Source of the DNA: Malacoraja senta
Lineage: Eukaryota
Assembly: GCA_038087875.1 (NCBI GenBank)
Contig: CM075992.1
Span: 11,100,001 to 11,164,000, forward strand
Length of the DNA stretch: 64,000 bases
Direction: 5' to 3'
The notes beneath the pieces were generated by a model, which saw only the letters and a program-made list of their open reading frames with translations, made no database searches and was not told the DNA's origin. This document shows, one piece after another, positions 39,401 through 49,330 of this stretch (positions within the stretch are counted from its first letter, which is position 1; each line of letters opens with the position of its first letter). Position numbers and translations under genes: made by a program.

Positions 39401-42400
39401 GCCAACATTCTATTAGCTTTCTTCACTGCCTGCTGTACCTGCACGCCAACTTTCAGTGACCGGTGTACAAGGACGCCCAGGTATCGCTGCACCTCCCCCT
39501 TGCCTAACCTAACCCCATTGAGATAATAATCTGCCCCCTTGTTTTTGCTGCCAAAGTGGATAACCTCACATTTATCAATATTATACTGCATATGCCACGC
39601 ATCTGCCCCATCACTCAACCTGTCCAGGTCACCCTGCAACCAAACATCATCTTCACAGTTCACACTGCCACCCAGCTTTGTGTCATCCGCAAACTTGCTA
39701 GCGTTGCTCTTAATTTCCTCTTCCAAATCATTAATATATATGGTAAACAGTTGCGGCCCCAACACTGAGCCTTGCGGCCTTATGCAGGTCCCTCTCCGTG
39801 CCTTCTAAATGCAGTTATAGTACTGCCTATTCTGACAGTTCATACAATATAACCACCACTTTCTGTGTGATAAAATTGCCCCTAAGGTTTGTATTAAATC
39901 TCGCATTAAATGTTTTCCTTTCTTGTTCTTGATATCCCTCCCCTGATAAAAGACTGTGAATTCACCCTATCTATTCCCCTCATCATTTTATACACCTCTA
40001 GAAGATCACCCTCGCCAGCCTGTGCTCCAAGGAATAAAGTCCTATCCTGACAACCTCTTGCTATATCTCACCCCACTCAAGTTCTAGCAATAACCTCGCA
40101 AATCTTCTCTGCACTCGTTCCAGCTGAGTGACCTCCTTCCTAGAGCAGGGTGACCAAAACTGAAAACAGTACAGTGTGGCCTCACCAACATGTTGTACAA
40201 CTTTAACATAATGTTCCAACATCTATACTCAATACCCTGACTGTTGAAGGCCAATGTACCAAAGTCCTTGACCATCCTATCTCCTTTAAACTTTACCCTT
40301 CTCACCTTAAAGCTCTGCCCTCTAGTATTTGATTTTACCCTCCAGGAGAAAGTATCTGACGCTGTACTATATATGCCTCTCATTATTTTATCAGGTCTCC
40401 CCACAACCTCCAGCAAAAAAACAAGCAATGTCTGTCCTACCTCTCCCTGCAGCAAATACCTCCTAATCCAGGCATCTTTCATGTAAACCTCCTTTGCACA
40501 CTTTACAAAGCCTCCACATCCTTTGTGTAATGGGGAGGCAAGAAAATGCACACAATACTCCAAACACTGCCTCACCAAAGTCTAATAAAGCTACCTGACC
40601 AAGTGTATCCAATGGCATTGTGGAAACCAAGGGAAAAACTGGTGCCCATTGGTTGGCATGGATATCGTGGGCCGAATGGCCTGTTTCCACATTTCTTAGA
40701 ATCTATGACAATGATGGACAATATTATTAACCACAATATCTACACAACTGAATGTCACAGAGGAATCTGCAGATGGCACAGAGTTCCAGGGTCTGGCAGA
40801 TGTTAACAACCACTGGGCCACCAATACTGAGTTCAGTTGTGGAACTGAGAACGGTGTCAGGTGTGGGGTGGAAATTGGAGCAGGAGCTTCCTGGGTGGTG
40901 TGGCTGACAAACCCACTCTGCAGATAAAGCTGGAGTGACCCTTTGTCCTGGTGCTGATCTCTTGCCTTGTGCTTTGGCAATGAGAGTGAGGCAGCCAGAA
41001 GCCAGCAGCTCAGGGCCTGGATTGTGAACTCCATGGACAGCCCTGGTGTAATGGCCACTGGCAATGGTGTGGACAGGATTGTAAACACTCCATGTCACCT
41101 TGTCTTTCAGGTGAGGGATGAGTACGCCAACTTCTTCCACCGTTTGTACCGATTGAAGAAAGACTCAAAATACTCTGAGTTTTCAACTTCATCGACGCAG
41201 GTATGGTTACGATTAGTCTGGTGCCGTGTCTGTCATGGGGGAGTGGTTGTACTCATGTACAGTGTGATGTGACTGAATAGCACACAACTACGTTTCTCAC
41301 TACATCTCTGTACACGTGACTATAATAAGGACGTATCAGGACATGTACCCATTAAGTGGCCTGTTTTCACCTGTATCTCTTACTTAAATGGGCTTTTTTT
41401 TTTTAAGCAGTCCCGTTCGAGGGGACCTGAATCTTCCAGAATCAATCTTGATTCTGGAAGATTCAGAATTGAAAGATGCAGTAGGAAACAGGCCCTTCGG
41501 CCCACCGATTTCACACTGACCATCAGTCACCCGTTCATGCTATATTCTATGTTATCCCATTTGCGCATCCACTCCCTACGCACTAAGGGCAAATTTACAG
41601 TGGCCAATTAACCAACATGTCTTTGGGTAGGGGAGAAAAGACAATAGATCTGTGGATGATGCAGTCAACCTGGGCCTGCACTTCATCCTACAGCACCAAG
41701 ATCCCCAGGGGACCTATGCGAGTATCCTGTTTGTTGATTTTAGTTCTGCATTCAACACCATTATGCCTGAGCTACTACACTCCAAACTTTCCGAGTTGAC
41801 TGTGACCCCTTGGTCAGTGGATCACCAACTTCCTGACAGACAGGAGGCAGCATGTGAGGCTGGGAAAGCACATCTCGGACCCGCAAACGCTCAGCATAGG
41901 AGCACCGCAAGGCTGTGTACTCTCTCCTCTACTCTCTCTACACCAACGACTGCACCTCCACAGACACCTCTGTCAAGCTTCTCAAGTTTGCAGACGACAC
42001 AACCCTAATTGGACTGATCCAGGTTGGGGAGGAATCTGCCGACAGACAGGAAGTGTCACAGCTCATGTCCTGGTGCCGTAGCAACAACCTAGAGCTCAAT
42101 GCTCTCAAGACAGTGGAATTGATTGTAGACTTTAGGAGAGCTCCCCCTCCCCTCACCCCACTCACCATCAACAACATCACAGTCACATCTGTGGAGTCTT
42201 TTAAGTTCCTGGGAACCATCATCTCCAAGGACCCTAATGATCTTTCCCTCCATTGATGAACGGGAAAGATCATCTCTGACCCCTCTCACCCTGGCCACAA
42301 ACTCTTTGAATCACTTCCCTCTGGAAGGCGACTCCGGATTGTCAAAGCTGCCAAAGCCAGACATAAAAACATTTTTTATCCACGAATAGTTGCTCTACTC

Positions 42401-43506
42401 AACAGCCAAAAATCTGTAGCCTCCCTTTGATCTGGTATTTTGTTGGTTCACATGCTTGATCAATGGTGTTTTATCATTATTGTTTTATTATTATTAATGT
42501 TTAGTGTTTTCTGAGTCATTCGTAACTGTCACTGTATGCCATGTTGTTACTTGTGGGCGGAGCACCAAGGCAAATTCCTTGTATGTGAATACTTGGCCAA
42601 TAAACTTTCTTACTTACTTACTTAAGTGGAGCACCCAGAGGAAACCCATGCAGTCACAGGAAGAACATCCAAATTTCACACAGACAGCACCCGAGGTCAG
42701 GATCGAACCCGGGTCTCTGGCACTGAGGCAGCGGCTCTACCCGCTGCAGTGCTGTGCCTCCCTGGTCATTGTTTTTTCTTTTACCAGGGATCTGCAGCAC
42801 GTTCTCTGACACCCACAATGTCACATTGTCCTGTGGCTGTTGGAGTAAGGGGATCACTCCATCCGCACACCACCCTACAATTGTACACAAGTCTGCACTC
42901 CCCTCCCAAATCTCAATGAACCTGACCAATGCTCCACTCATTGGCCTGGCCATGGCCCACACCGCCTAGATCAGGTTACACTGTCGTGCTACACAGCATC
43001 ACCAGCCATTTTCCACACATTAGCCCATACACTGCCTCCCACACACCCACATACAAACCTGCATCATTGGCCATATATCCACCCACTCAGGGTCACAAAT
43101 GCTGACACACACACTCCCCACGTTCATTCACACCCCCCCCCCCGCAAACTGTAAACATGTGTCCCCCAAATATTCATCCTCGAACTCGGCCACTCACTGC
43201 ACCCACAAACCCGCACACCAAGACACTCGCTCTCCTCACCCTTTGCCCCCATCTATCCCCTCAGACAGCCCCAGGTGCAGTGATGGTCTGTGTTGGCTCT
43301 CGTGGTGTTGCCTGCTGTGCCATGGTGTGGGTTGGCAGGGCTGATGTGCTGGTGTCCTGCTCATGAGAACATTCGTTTTCTGCTGCCTCAGCCAAAGCCA
43401 GCAAGTGCCCTGGCCCCGACAAGCTGCCACGTGATTAGTTTATGATCTTGATGTCTTGTCTGTTTCCTTACAGGGCCTGAGAAGCGTTCATGAGACGGGA
43501 ATGTGA
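249..43506 (+). CDS. ADGRE5: Adhesion GPCR, EGF-TM7 subfamily E (ADGRE5/CD97-like); 3' part of a multi-exon gene. Join 249-407,15333-15533,24584-24804,29654-29720,31377-31468,32235-32403,41111-41200,43474-43506
   Basis: Eight AG/GT-bounded exons splice in one frame (intron phases 0,0,2,0,2,0,0) with no stops. They encode GPS, seven TM helices and a C-tail. CD97-like motifs: [23 protein letters not shown], terminal ETGM. Family assignment is secure; exact paralog (E5 vs other ADGRE) is inferred. Confidence 0.88.
440..775 (+). mobile_element. CR1 (HER1-like) LINE 3' fragment
   Basis: Degenerate CR1 ORF2 C-terminus (WNRLP...) and 3'UTR. Confidence 0.75.
790..2200 (-). mobile_element. Degraded CR1 LINE fragments
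   Basis: [15 protein letters not shown]...[16 protein letters not shown], plus endonuclease remnants. Confidence 0.75.
2474..2676. mobile_element. Penelope-derived inverted pseudo-LTR unit
   Basis: gacacaaaattctggagtaac...gactccagcattttgtgtc inverted arms; flanking ccattaact duplicated. Confidence 0.65.
2965..3290 (-). mobile_element. tRNA-derived SINE (HE1/V-SINE-like) with CR1-derived tail
   Basis: A/B-box-like head, central TGTACAGAGTTTGTGCGTTCTCCCCGTG core, tail GAAGGGCCTGTTTC shared with CR1 3' ends. Confidence 0.8.
3430..3760 (-). mobile_element. RTE-type LINE endonuclease fragment
   Basis: [10 protein letters not shown]...TNRNGQQL...[11 protein letters not shown]. Confidence 0.7.
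3775..4657 (-). mobile_element. CR1 LINE RT fragment running into the assembly gap
   Basis: [35 protein letters not shown]. Confidence 0.85.
4658..4857. other. Assembly gap (200 N)
   Basis: Run of N. Confidence 1.
5530..8790 (-). mobile_element. Long mutated CR1 LINE: ORF1 SGNH-esterase-like region, APE endonuclease and RT
   Basis: ORF1 [59 protein letters not shown]. Multiple frameshifts. Confidence 0.9.
8996..14088 (-). mobile_element. DIRS1-type tyrosine-recombinase retrotransposon, structurally complete but mutated
   Basis: gag-like 13882-12527; RT (LPNGL, YLDD) 12478-11894; RNase H 11823-11143; Dam-like methyltransferase domain (IDLFAS) 11121-10756; YR (HSTRAAS, AAGW, FQRFY) 10768-9426. 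Inverted terminal repeats and an internal complementary region at 9218-9330; no TSD. Confidence 0.93.
9830..10179 (+). mobile_element. tRNA-derived SINE with L2-like tail inserted in the DIRS recombinase
   Basis: B-box GGTTCGAATCC, (GTGTGAATGT)n, tail TGTAAAGCGCCTTGAG...AAAGGCGC plus (ATT)n; TSD AGATG at 9825-9829 and 10180-10184. Confidence 0.85.
14317..15007 (-). mobile_element. Penelope-like element 3' fragment: GIY-YIG endonuclease and pseudo-LTR
   Basis: [30 protein letters not shown]; 14-bp TSD TAGCCTAATCCAAG at 14303 and 15008. Confidence 0.88.
15333..15533 (+). CDS. ADGRE-like exon: TM1-TM2
   Basis: ctccacag|GGG...CGG|gtaggt, 201 nt. [67 protein letters not shown]. Confidence 0.95.
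15665..15735. repeat. Degenerate 12-bp tandem repeat (CCAGTGTAYAAY-like)
   Basis: ccagtgtataat ccagtgcatcat ccagtgtacaac ccaatgtaccaat. Confidence 0.7.
16065..16890 (-). mobile_element. Degraded Penelope-like fragment
   Basis: Similar to the 14317-15007 copy, with an extra pseudo-LTR piece at 16253-16372. Confidence 0.65.
16895..17470 (+). mobile_element. CR1 LINE 3' fragment
   Basis: [15 protein letters not shown]...[10 protein letters not shown]. Confidence 0.8.
17565..19179 (+). mobile_element. Tc1/mariner DNA transposon (DD34E, Passport-like IR/DR group), full length
   Basis: TA|CAGTGGCTTGC...GCAAGCCACTG|TA; near-perfect TIRs of about 213 bp with internal direct repeats. Confidence 0.97.
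17942..18961 (+). pseudogene. Tc1 transposase (about 339 aa) with one premature stop at 18014-18016
   Basis: [30 protein letters not shown]...GRPPK...WSDE...QQDND...SPDLNPIE; 34 residues between the second D and E. Confidence 0.95.
19716..20000 (+). mobile_element. HE1/V-SINE-like SINE
   Basis: Same head, core and tail as the other copies. Confidence 0.8.
20285..22020 (+). mobile_element. Degraded CR1 fragments
   Basis: ORF2 remnants and 3' ends. Confidence 0.7.
21396..21615. mobile_element. Penelope-derived inverted pseudo-LTR unit
   Basis: Palindromic arms; 16-bp TSD TAACTGGATATAGAAT at 21380 and 21616. Confidence 0.8.
22060..22832 (+). mobile_element. Younger CR1 3' fragment
   Basis: [12 protein letters not shown]...[14 protein letters not shown]; (TATTGTC)n-type tail. 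Confidence 0.88.
23117..23332. mobile_element. Penelope-derived inverted pseudo-LTR unit
   Basis: Palindromic arms; TSD GCTGTTGACTMTTTGT at 23101 and 23333 (one mismatch). Confidence 0.8.
24395..24545. repeat. Degenerate 12-bp tandem repeat, same type as 15665-15735
   Basis: ccagtgcactgat ccagtgtaatga cctagtgtaccaa cccaatatactga... Confidence 0.6.
24584..24804 (+). CDS. ADGRE-like exon: TM3-TM4
   Basis: ttccag|ACT...CA|gtaagt, 221 nt. [36 protein letters not shown]...[24 protein letters not shown]. Confidence 0.95.
28010..28945 (-). mobile_element. CR1 3' fragment
   Basis: [29 protein letters not shown]. Confidence 0.88.
29654..29720 (+). CDS. ADGRE-like exon: ECL2 and start of TM5
   Basis: ccccag|T...CTG|gtaagt, 67 nt. 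(H)[22 protein letters not shown]. Confidence 0.93.
30313..30907 (+). mobile_element. CR1 3' fragment; a second short 3' end of the same subfamily lies at 31146-31306
   Basis: LVRPHLEY...IETYKI...; tail (TATTGTC)n. Confidence 0.88.
31048..31144 (-). pseudogene. Orphan, 5'-truncated Ca-binding EGF-like exon fragment, antisense within an ADGRE intron
   Basis: Minus strand reads [32 protein letters not shown], then a phase-1 G|GT donor. Confidence 0.8.
31377..31468 (+). CDS. ADGRE-like exon: TM5-ICL3
   Basis: ttggaag|GTC...AG|gtgaga, 92 nt. [30 protein letters not shown](R). Absent from the ORF track. Confidence 0.93.
32235..32403 (+). CDS. ADGRE-like exon: TM6-TM7
   Basis: ttttag|G...CAG|gtaagt, 169 nt. 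[56 protein letters not shown]. Confidence 0.95.
32630..35330 (+). mobile_element. Degraded CR1 ORF2, interrupted at about 33481-33800
   Basis: [32 protein letters not shown]. Confidence 0.85.
33481..33800 (-). repeat. Unclassified interspersed repeat with Rex1/Babar-like tail; other copies at about 29210-29425, 53840-54355 and 58172-58329 continuing at 63414
   Basis: Shared core TTCCATCACAGTGAGGAATGTG...GTGGATGTTTATGTTA. Confidence 0.65.
35690..39778 (-). mobile_element. CR1 3' portion split into 35690-36064 and 39152-39778 by an opposite-strand CR1
   Basis: The two pieces rejoin at the IETYK codons. Confidence 0.8.
36066..39151 (+). mobile_element. CR1 LINE with near-complete ORF2 (EN and RT), frameshifted
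   Basis: [50 protein letters not shown]; (TATGTTTC)n tail. Confidence 0.93.
41111..41200 (+). CDS. ADGRE-like exon: helix 8 and cytoplasmic tail
   Basis: tttcag|GTG...CAG|gtatgg, 90 nt. [30 protein letters not shown]. Confidence 0.9.
41640..42625 (+). mobile_element. Rex1/Babar LINE fragment inserted into a minus-strand SINE
   Basis: [29 protein letters not shown]; (TACT)n tail; SINE halves at about 41480-41625 and 42626-42755. Confidence 0.85.
43474..43506 (+). CDS. ADGRE-like terminal coding exon with class I PDZ-binding-like C-terminus
   Basis: Polypyrimidine tract then ttacag|[14 protein letters not shown], compared with recalled CD97 ALRASESGI. Confidence 0.8.
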   Translation, partial: GLRSVHETGM

Positions 43507-44948
43507 TTGAAAGCACGAGAGCCCTGCAGAGCTGGCTACAGCTGCTTCTAAAGCGAGAGAGCACAAGAGCAACAGCGCACTGACTCTCTTTGCTTGGGAC
43601 TGTAACTCGCCTCTCCACTGGGACTGCCCCATTGCTGCTGCCACCCTCTCCCCATTCTTACCTCCAGCGCTCTGCTTCAATTTGCTACAAACTTCGGAAG
43701 AAAGAGGCAAGAAGTTGCAGCTGAGAGTTGAGCTGCTTCAGCTCTCTCCTTCTATTGAGCATGTACATAGCAGGAGTTCATAGCTTCTACAATGTTGAAC
43801 AGACTGTCCAATAATAAGCATGGTAGCATCTAGCCTGGATTCTGGGGAACGGAAGAGTTGCCTTTCACTTCAAGCACCTCCCTGGGCAGATGGGATGATG
43901 TCCGTCTGGCTTTAAGGTTGCTTGATATGGTGATCCTCTAATTGTTGGCTATTGGACAGTGGTTGGCAAGGTGACAAACCAGGATTCAGCCATCGGAAGG
44001 TGAGCACGGGCAGCACAGGTCAATGAGTGCTCGTGAGTTTGGAAGGAGTTTGCTTGGGGTCCAACATGGGCTGGGTGGATGTCTAGCAGGTTTAGAGTTG
44101 AGTTAGTGTTCAATGCATCCAATGACTGCCCTGTCCTTGGCTAGATGTGGCCCTGGAGCTCAGCTAGCGTTCGTAAGCTGGCAGAGGGTGCAAGTCCCAG
44201 ACTGGCTTTTGCCTGCTGTTGGGTTGGTGACACAATATGATGACAAGAGTGCATGTGAGCTGCAAAGCCATTCCCCATCGCCACCCATCATTATTTGGAG
44301 CTTTTCAAGAGCCAACAAAAAGCAGGTTGTAAATGCCACTGACAACCACATCTCCTGATTGGTTCGGGACATGTGAGACACAGATGAGCTTCTCTCTCTA
44401 GGCAGTGTCGAGGGTGAAAGGCCGAAGGGTAAGAAAGCTTGAACAGGATACACCTGTCACCAGGTGAGATGCCAGAGTCTGGCCCAGGCCGCTGCTCAGC
44501 CCCGAGTCAGGCCCAGTGCAAGTTCCTCAGTAGAGAATCACCACGAGGCAGCCTTCACACGAGACACCATCTCCTCCCGGTTCCCTCCAGCCCCTCGGCA
44601 CCAGCTAATAGCCGTCACCATTGAGTGATACCCACCACCATCTCACCACCACATTATCTGGGTGGAGTGGTTCATGGATGGACCTCCCATTGTCACCCTC
44701 TCAAAGACAGTGTGGGACGGAACACTCAACCCTGCCTTTGCCTGAGGCTGATGAATGAAAATGCAGCCAGTGCTGAGCACGGCTGTGGTTCCCAGTGCCC
44801 CGGGTTTGCCCTGTAACTGCCGCAGGTGAGACAAAGGAGGTTTCACCGGCTCATACGGAGGAAGCAGGAAGGGCAAGCTGGTTACACCTTGTTACTGTAC
44901 TGATACGTAGAAATGCAAACTTTTTTTAAATATGCCAGGCCTTTATTG

Positions 44949-44954
44949 AATAAA
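44949..44954 (+). promoter_or_regulatory. Probable polyadenylation signal (AATAAA) ending a ~1.45 kb 3'UTR
   Basis: AATAAA at the end of a stretch (43507-44970) with no repeat I recognise, followed by GT-rich sequence. Confidence 0.6.
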
Positions 44955-45403
44955 AGTTTCATCCTGATCTGTGGGTCTTGTTAATATGTTCACATTCCTC
45001 ATATTAATAATTATTTCTCATAACTTGTAAGAAGGTGTGGTCTAGACATGAAATATTCAAAGAGTTACTGAGCGAGGGCGGTTTAGACCAAATGTGCCTT
45101 TGACATCCTTGGTTACGGGAAGGAAGGAGAATGGGGATGAAAGAGAAAAATTGATCAGTCATGATTGAATGACAGAGTAGAATTGATGGGCTGAATGGCC
45201 TAATTCTCCAATGTCTTATGGTCTTATGCCCTGGGGAACAAAAAGACATTCCTAAAACCCAGGACTGAGATTCCTTCCTGCACTTGGCCACATGCATCAA
45301 TTGCTCAGAACTTGCGAGAACATTTGTGGTTGGTAAACACTGTCTACACCACCGTCTACAGAATGCTGACTGTCTACACCTGTCTACAGCTAGTGCCCGC
45401 TGC

Positions 45404-45903
45404 CTTGCTAATGAGGGAGTGCAGCGTAGGTTCACAAGGTTAATTCCCGGGATGGCGGGACTGTCATATGCTGAGATAATGAAGCGGCTGGGCTTGTACA
45501 CTCTGGAGTTTAGAAGGATGAGAGGTTATCTTATTGAAACATATAAGATTGTTAAAGGTTTGGACACGCAAGAGGCAGGAAACGTGTTCCCGATGTTGGG
45601 GGAGTCCAGAACCAGGGGCCACAGTTTAAGAATAAGGGGTAAGCCAATTAGAACAGAGACGAGGAAACACTTTTTCTCACAAAGAGTTGTGAGTCTGTGG
45701 AATTCTCTGCCTCAGAGGGTGGTGGAGGCCGGTTCTCTTGATACTTTCAAGAGAGAGCTGGATAGGGCTCTTAAAGATAGCGGAGTCAGGGGATATGGGG
45801 AGAAGGCAAGAACGGGGTGCTGATTGGGGATGATCAGCCATGATCACATTGAATGGTGGTGCTGCCTCGAAGGGCCTACTCCTGCATCTATTGTCTATTG
45901 TCT
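45404..45903 (+). mobile_element. CR1 3' fragment
   Basis: [14 protein letters not shown]...WNSLP. Confidence 0.88.
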
Positions 45904-47227
45904 TTTGCCTGTACTAAGTCCCTCTATGTTTAAAAAGTGCCCTGCAAATTTCTTTTAAACTTCCTCTCACATCTTAAACCTATGCCCTTCAGAATTTGAC
46001 CGATCAACCCTGCGAAAAGGACTCTATCGACCCTATTTTTCTTCTGTACCTTTTTCACGTTGCCCCTCAGTCTGCAACCCACCAACGGAAACAGTCCAAG
46101 TTTGTCCAAGCTTTCATTAGAGCTAATAGCCTCCAATGCAAGCAACATACTGGTGAAATATTCTGCATCCTTTATAAAGCCTCCACATCCTACATAGAGT
46201 GTGTCAACCAGAATGCACAAAATACTCCAAATATGCACAAATACGGTAAATCCTGAATAGACACAAAATGCTAGAGTAACTCAGCGAGAGAGGCTGCATC
46301 TCTGCATCTCTGGAGAGAAGGAATGAATGATGTGTTGGGTCAAGACCCTTCTTCAGACCGAGTGAGGGGAGAGGGAGTCTAGAGATATGGAAGGGTAAGG
46401 TGTGAAAGTGACAGATCAAACAGACGATGATAAAGAAGTAGAATGTTCATTGTTAGCTGAGGGGAAGATAACATGGAGGCATACAATCAGTAAAATTAAT
46501 CAGGAGGACAGTGAGACTAGTGGGAGAACTAGAGTGCGGGAGGGACGGAGAGAGAGGGAAAGCAAGGGTTGGAGAAATCAAGATTCATACTGCTGGTATC
46601 CGTTATTGCCGTATGTCCACTATAACCGAGCAAGGTATTATCATTGTATAAATAGGAGAAACAAACAAGTGCAGATGTTGGTTAATACACAATGGACAAA
46701 AATGCTGAAGTAACTCAGCAAGTCGGGCAGCTTCTCTGGGGAACATGGATAGGTGACGTTTCTGGTCGGCATCCTGCTTCAGACTCTTGGTCTGGAACAG
46801 GAGCTGGAATCCAGGTGAGTTGACGGCCCTGGCCTGTTGGCAGCCGGGGGTGAAGTGACGAGAAGCCAGAGCACAGATAAGGATTGGCCATGGAGGTGGT
46901 TTTGGTGCCAAGGGCAGTAGGCACGGCATGGGAACGATGGGTGTGGTGGGGGTGCTGATGGCTGCTGTGGTGGCAGGTGTGGCCAGGGTGCCGGTGGCGG
47001 CAAAGGCAGGGACGGCGTGCCCAGGGACTGCTAGCCATGGCGATGGTAGGTGTGGCCGGAGTGGTGGTGGTGGTAGCGTTGCAAGCAGCAGGAGAGGCAG
47101 CGGAAGCCAGGGGTGGCCGGCGCTGTGGACGGTGAGGAAGGCGTGGGTGGACAGCACTGCGGGCGGCCAGGGCGGCGACATGAGGTGGGGGCGGCTAACA
47201 CTGCGAATGGCATGTGGTGTTTGGATG

Positions 47228-47600
47228 CATTATAGGGGTTGGACAGGCTAGATGCAGGAAGATTATTCCCGATGTTGGGGAAGTCCAGAACTAGGGGTCA
47301 CAGTTTAAGGATAAGAGGGAAGACTTTTAGAACCGAGATGAGGAAATCATTTTTTACACAGAGAGTGGTGAATCTGTGGAATTCTCTGCCACAGAAGGTA
47401 GTTGAGGCCAGTTCATTGGCTATGTTTAAGAGGGAGTTAGATGTGGCCCTTGTGGCTAAAGGGATCAGGGGGTATGGAGAGAAGGCAGGGATGGGATACC
47501 GAGTTGAATGATCAGCCATGATCATATCAAATGGCGGTGCAGGCTCGAAGGGCTGAATGGCCTACTCCTGCACCTATTTTCTATGTTTCTATGTTTCTAT
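47228..47600 (+). mobile_element. CR1 3' fragment
   Basis: RTRGHSLRI...[14 protein letters not shown]; (TATGTTTC)n tail. Confidence 0.88.
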
Positions 47601-48654
47601 TATCTTGCATTGAGCTTCTGGAATGTACCAACCACCCCACAATTGTCTGGATTAAACTCCATCTGGAATTTCTCAGCCCAAATTTCCAGCTGAACCATAT
47701 CCTGCTGCTTCCATTAGCAACCTTCCTTACTCTCCACAATTCCAATTTTCATGTCATCTGTAAACTTATTATTCAGCTCCCTTACATTTTCAACAAAATC
47801 ATTGGACAAAGCACTGCTACTTACAGATCAGCACAGCTCATAGACGTCCAGTCAGAGAAACACATCTCCAAGTCCCTCTGTCGTCTGTGACCCAGCCAAT
47901 ATGGATCAAATCGCCCAAATCTCCGTGGATCCCATGTGATTTAATCTTCTAAACCCACCTCTCATGAAGAACATTGTCAAATGATTTACTAACTACATCT
48001 ATGTAGACTACATCCATTACCCAACACTCATCACTTAATGCCGTCACCTCGATAAACGCAATCAAATTTGTAAGATAGGACCTGCCCCACATAAAGCCAC
48101 TCTGAATATTACTAATAAATCCATGATTTCACAAATGCAAATACCAAATCCTGTCCTTAAAAATCTTCAATCTTATATCCCTGGCATCTGGCGCCTGTCC
48201 TGCTGTTAGCAACGCTACCACCACCAGCCACACCTACCGTCGCCTGGATAGTAGCCCTTGGGCTGTTCCCACGTCCCTGCCTTTGCCGCCGCCGCCACCC
48301 TGGCCGCGCCTGCCACCACAGCAGGCGTCTTATTTGCCTAAAGTTTCCCAGATTATCCCGGTCAAGGCCTTGAGTATCTCCTCCCTTCCCTCTATTAGTA
48401 TCCTTGGATAGATTCTATCAGGCCCAGGGCCTTGCCTTCCTTAATGTTCTCCAAAACACACAATAGCTGCTCTTCCTTAATATCGACATGCCCGAGAATA
48501 TTAAACACTAATCTCACCATCACCGATGCCCTTCTCCTTGCTCAATTCCAATGCAAAGTATCTGTGTAGTACCTAACCCACTTCCTCCGAATCCATGAAT
48601 AAACTCCCTCCTTTGTCCAAGAGTGGACCTACCTTTTCCTGCTCCCTACACATA

Positions 48655-49000
48655 ATAGATTTTATTTTAAGGGCGCCTAATACCGAGGTGTCTAGGACAC
48701 CTTACAATTTAAGAAACATATAAACATATAATCAGAGTAAAATAAGTTAAAAAGACATCACCAATACATAAATTAAAACCAGAAATTTGATCCAAAAAAG
48801 ACAACAGAATTCAGAAAACACAACATGAAGGGAGAGCAGCGGCAGCCAAACCGCACCAGCGTCCACTCTCCCTCCGACCGCCATGTTGGACATAGACTAA
48901 CACAGACACTTAACAGAGACACTTAACACTACACACAAAATCATCCCCCCACAATGGTTACCACTGTGGGGGAAGGCACAATGTCCAGTCCCCAACCCAG
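48655..49000 (-). repeat. Unclassified short repeat with possible L2-like tail
   Basis: Minus-strand end GTAAGGTGTCC...GGCGCCC...AAAATAAA; internal hairpin CCCCCACAATGG-TTA-CCACTGTGGGGG. Confidence 0.4.
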
Positions 49001-49330
49001 TTCTCCCCTTATGTATCAAATGCCTTGGAATAATTCCTAATCGTAGTTGCCAAGGGCATTTAATGGCTCTTTTTAGCAATTATTTTTTGTTAGAACATAG
49101 AACAGTGTAGAACAGTAACTAGACCTTCGGTCTTTAATGTTCACACCAAACAAAATACCATGAAAATTATCTTAGCTTTGATGTGATCCATATCCTTCCA
49201 TTTCCTGCATATCCGTATGTTGATATACAATCCTCTTCAATGCCAATATCATATCTGCCTCCACTGGCAGCATGTTCAAGGCACACACCACTTTGTACCT
49301 TACACATCTCATTTAATCATTGCCACACTC

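Noticed and set aside
46603..47251. Overlapping GC-rich ORFs
   Set aside because: No recognisable domain or splice context; part of the sequence recurs inverted at 48179, consistent with a repeat.
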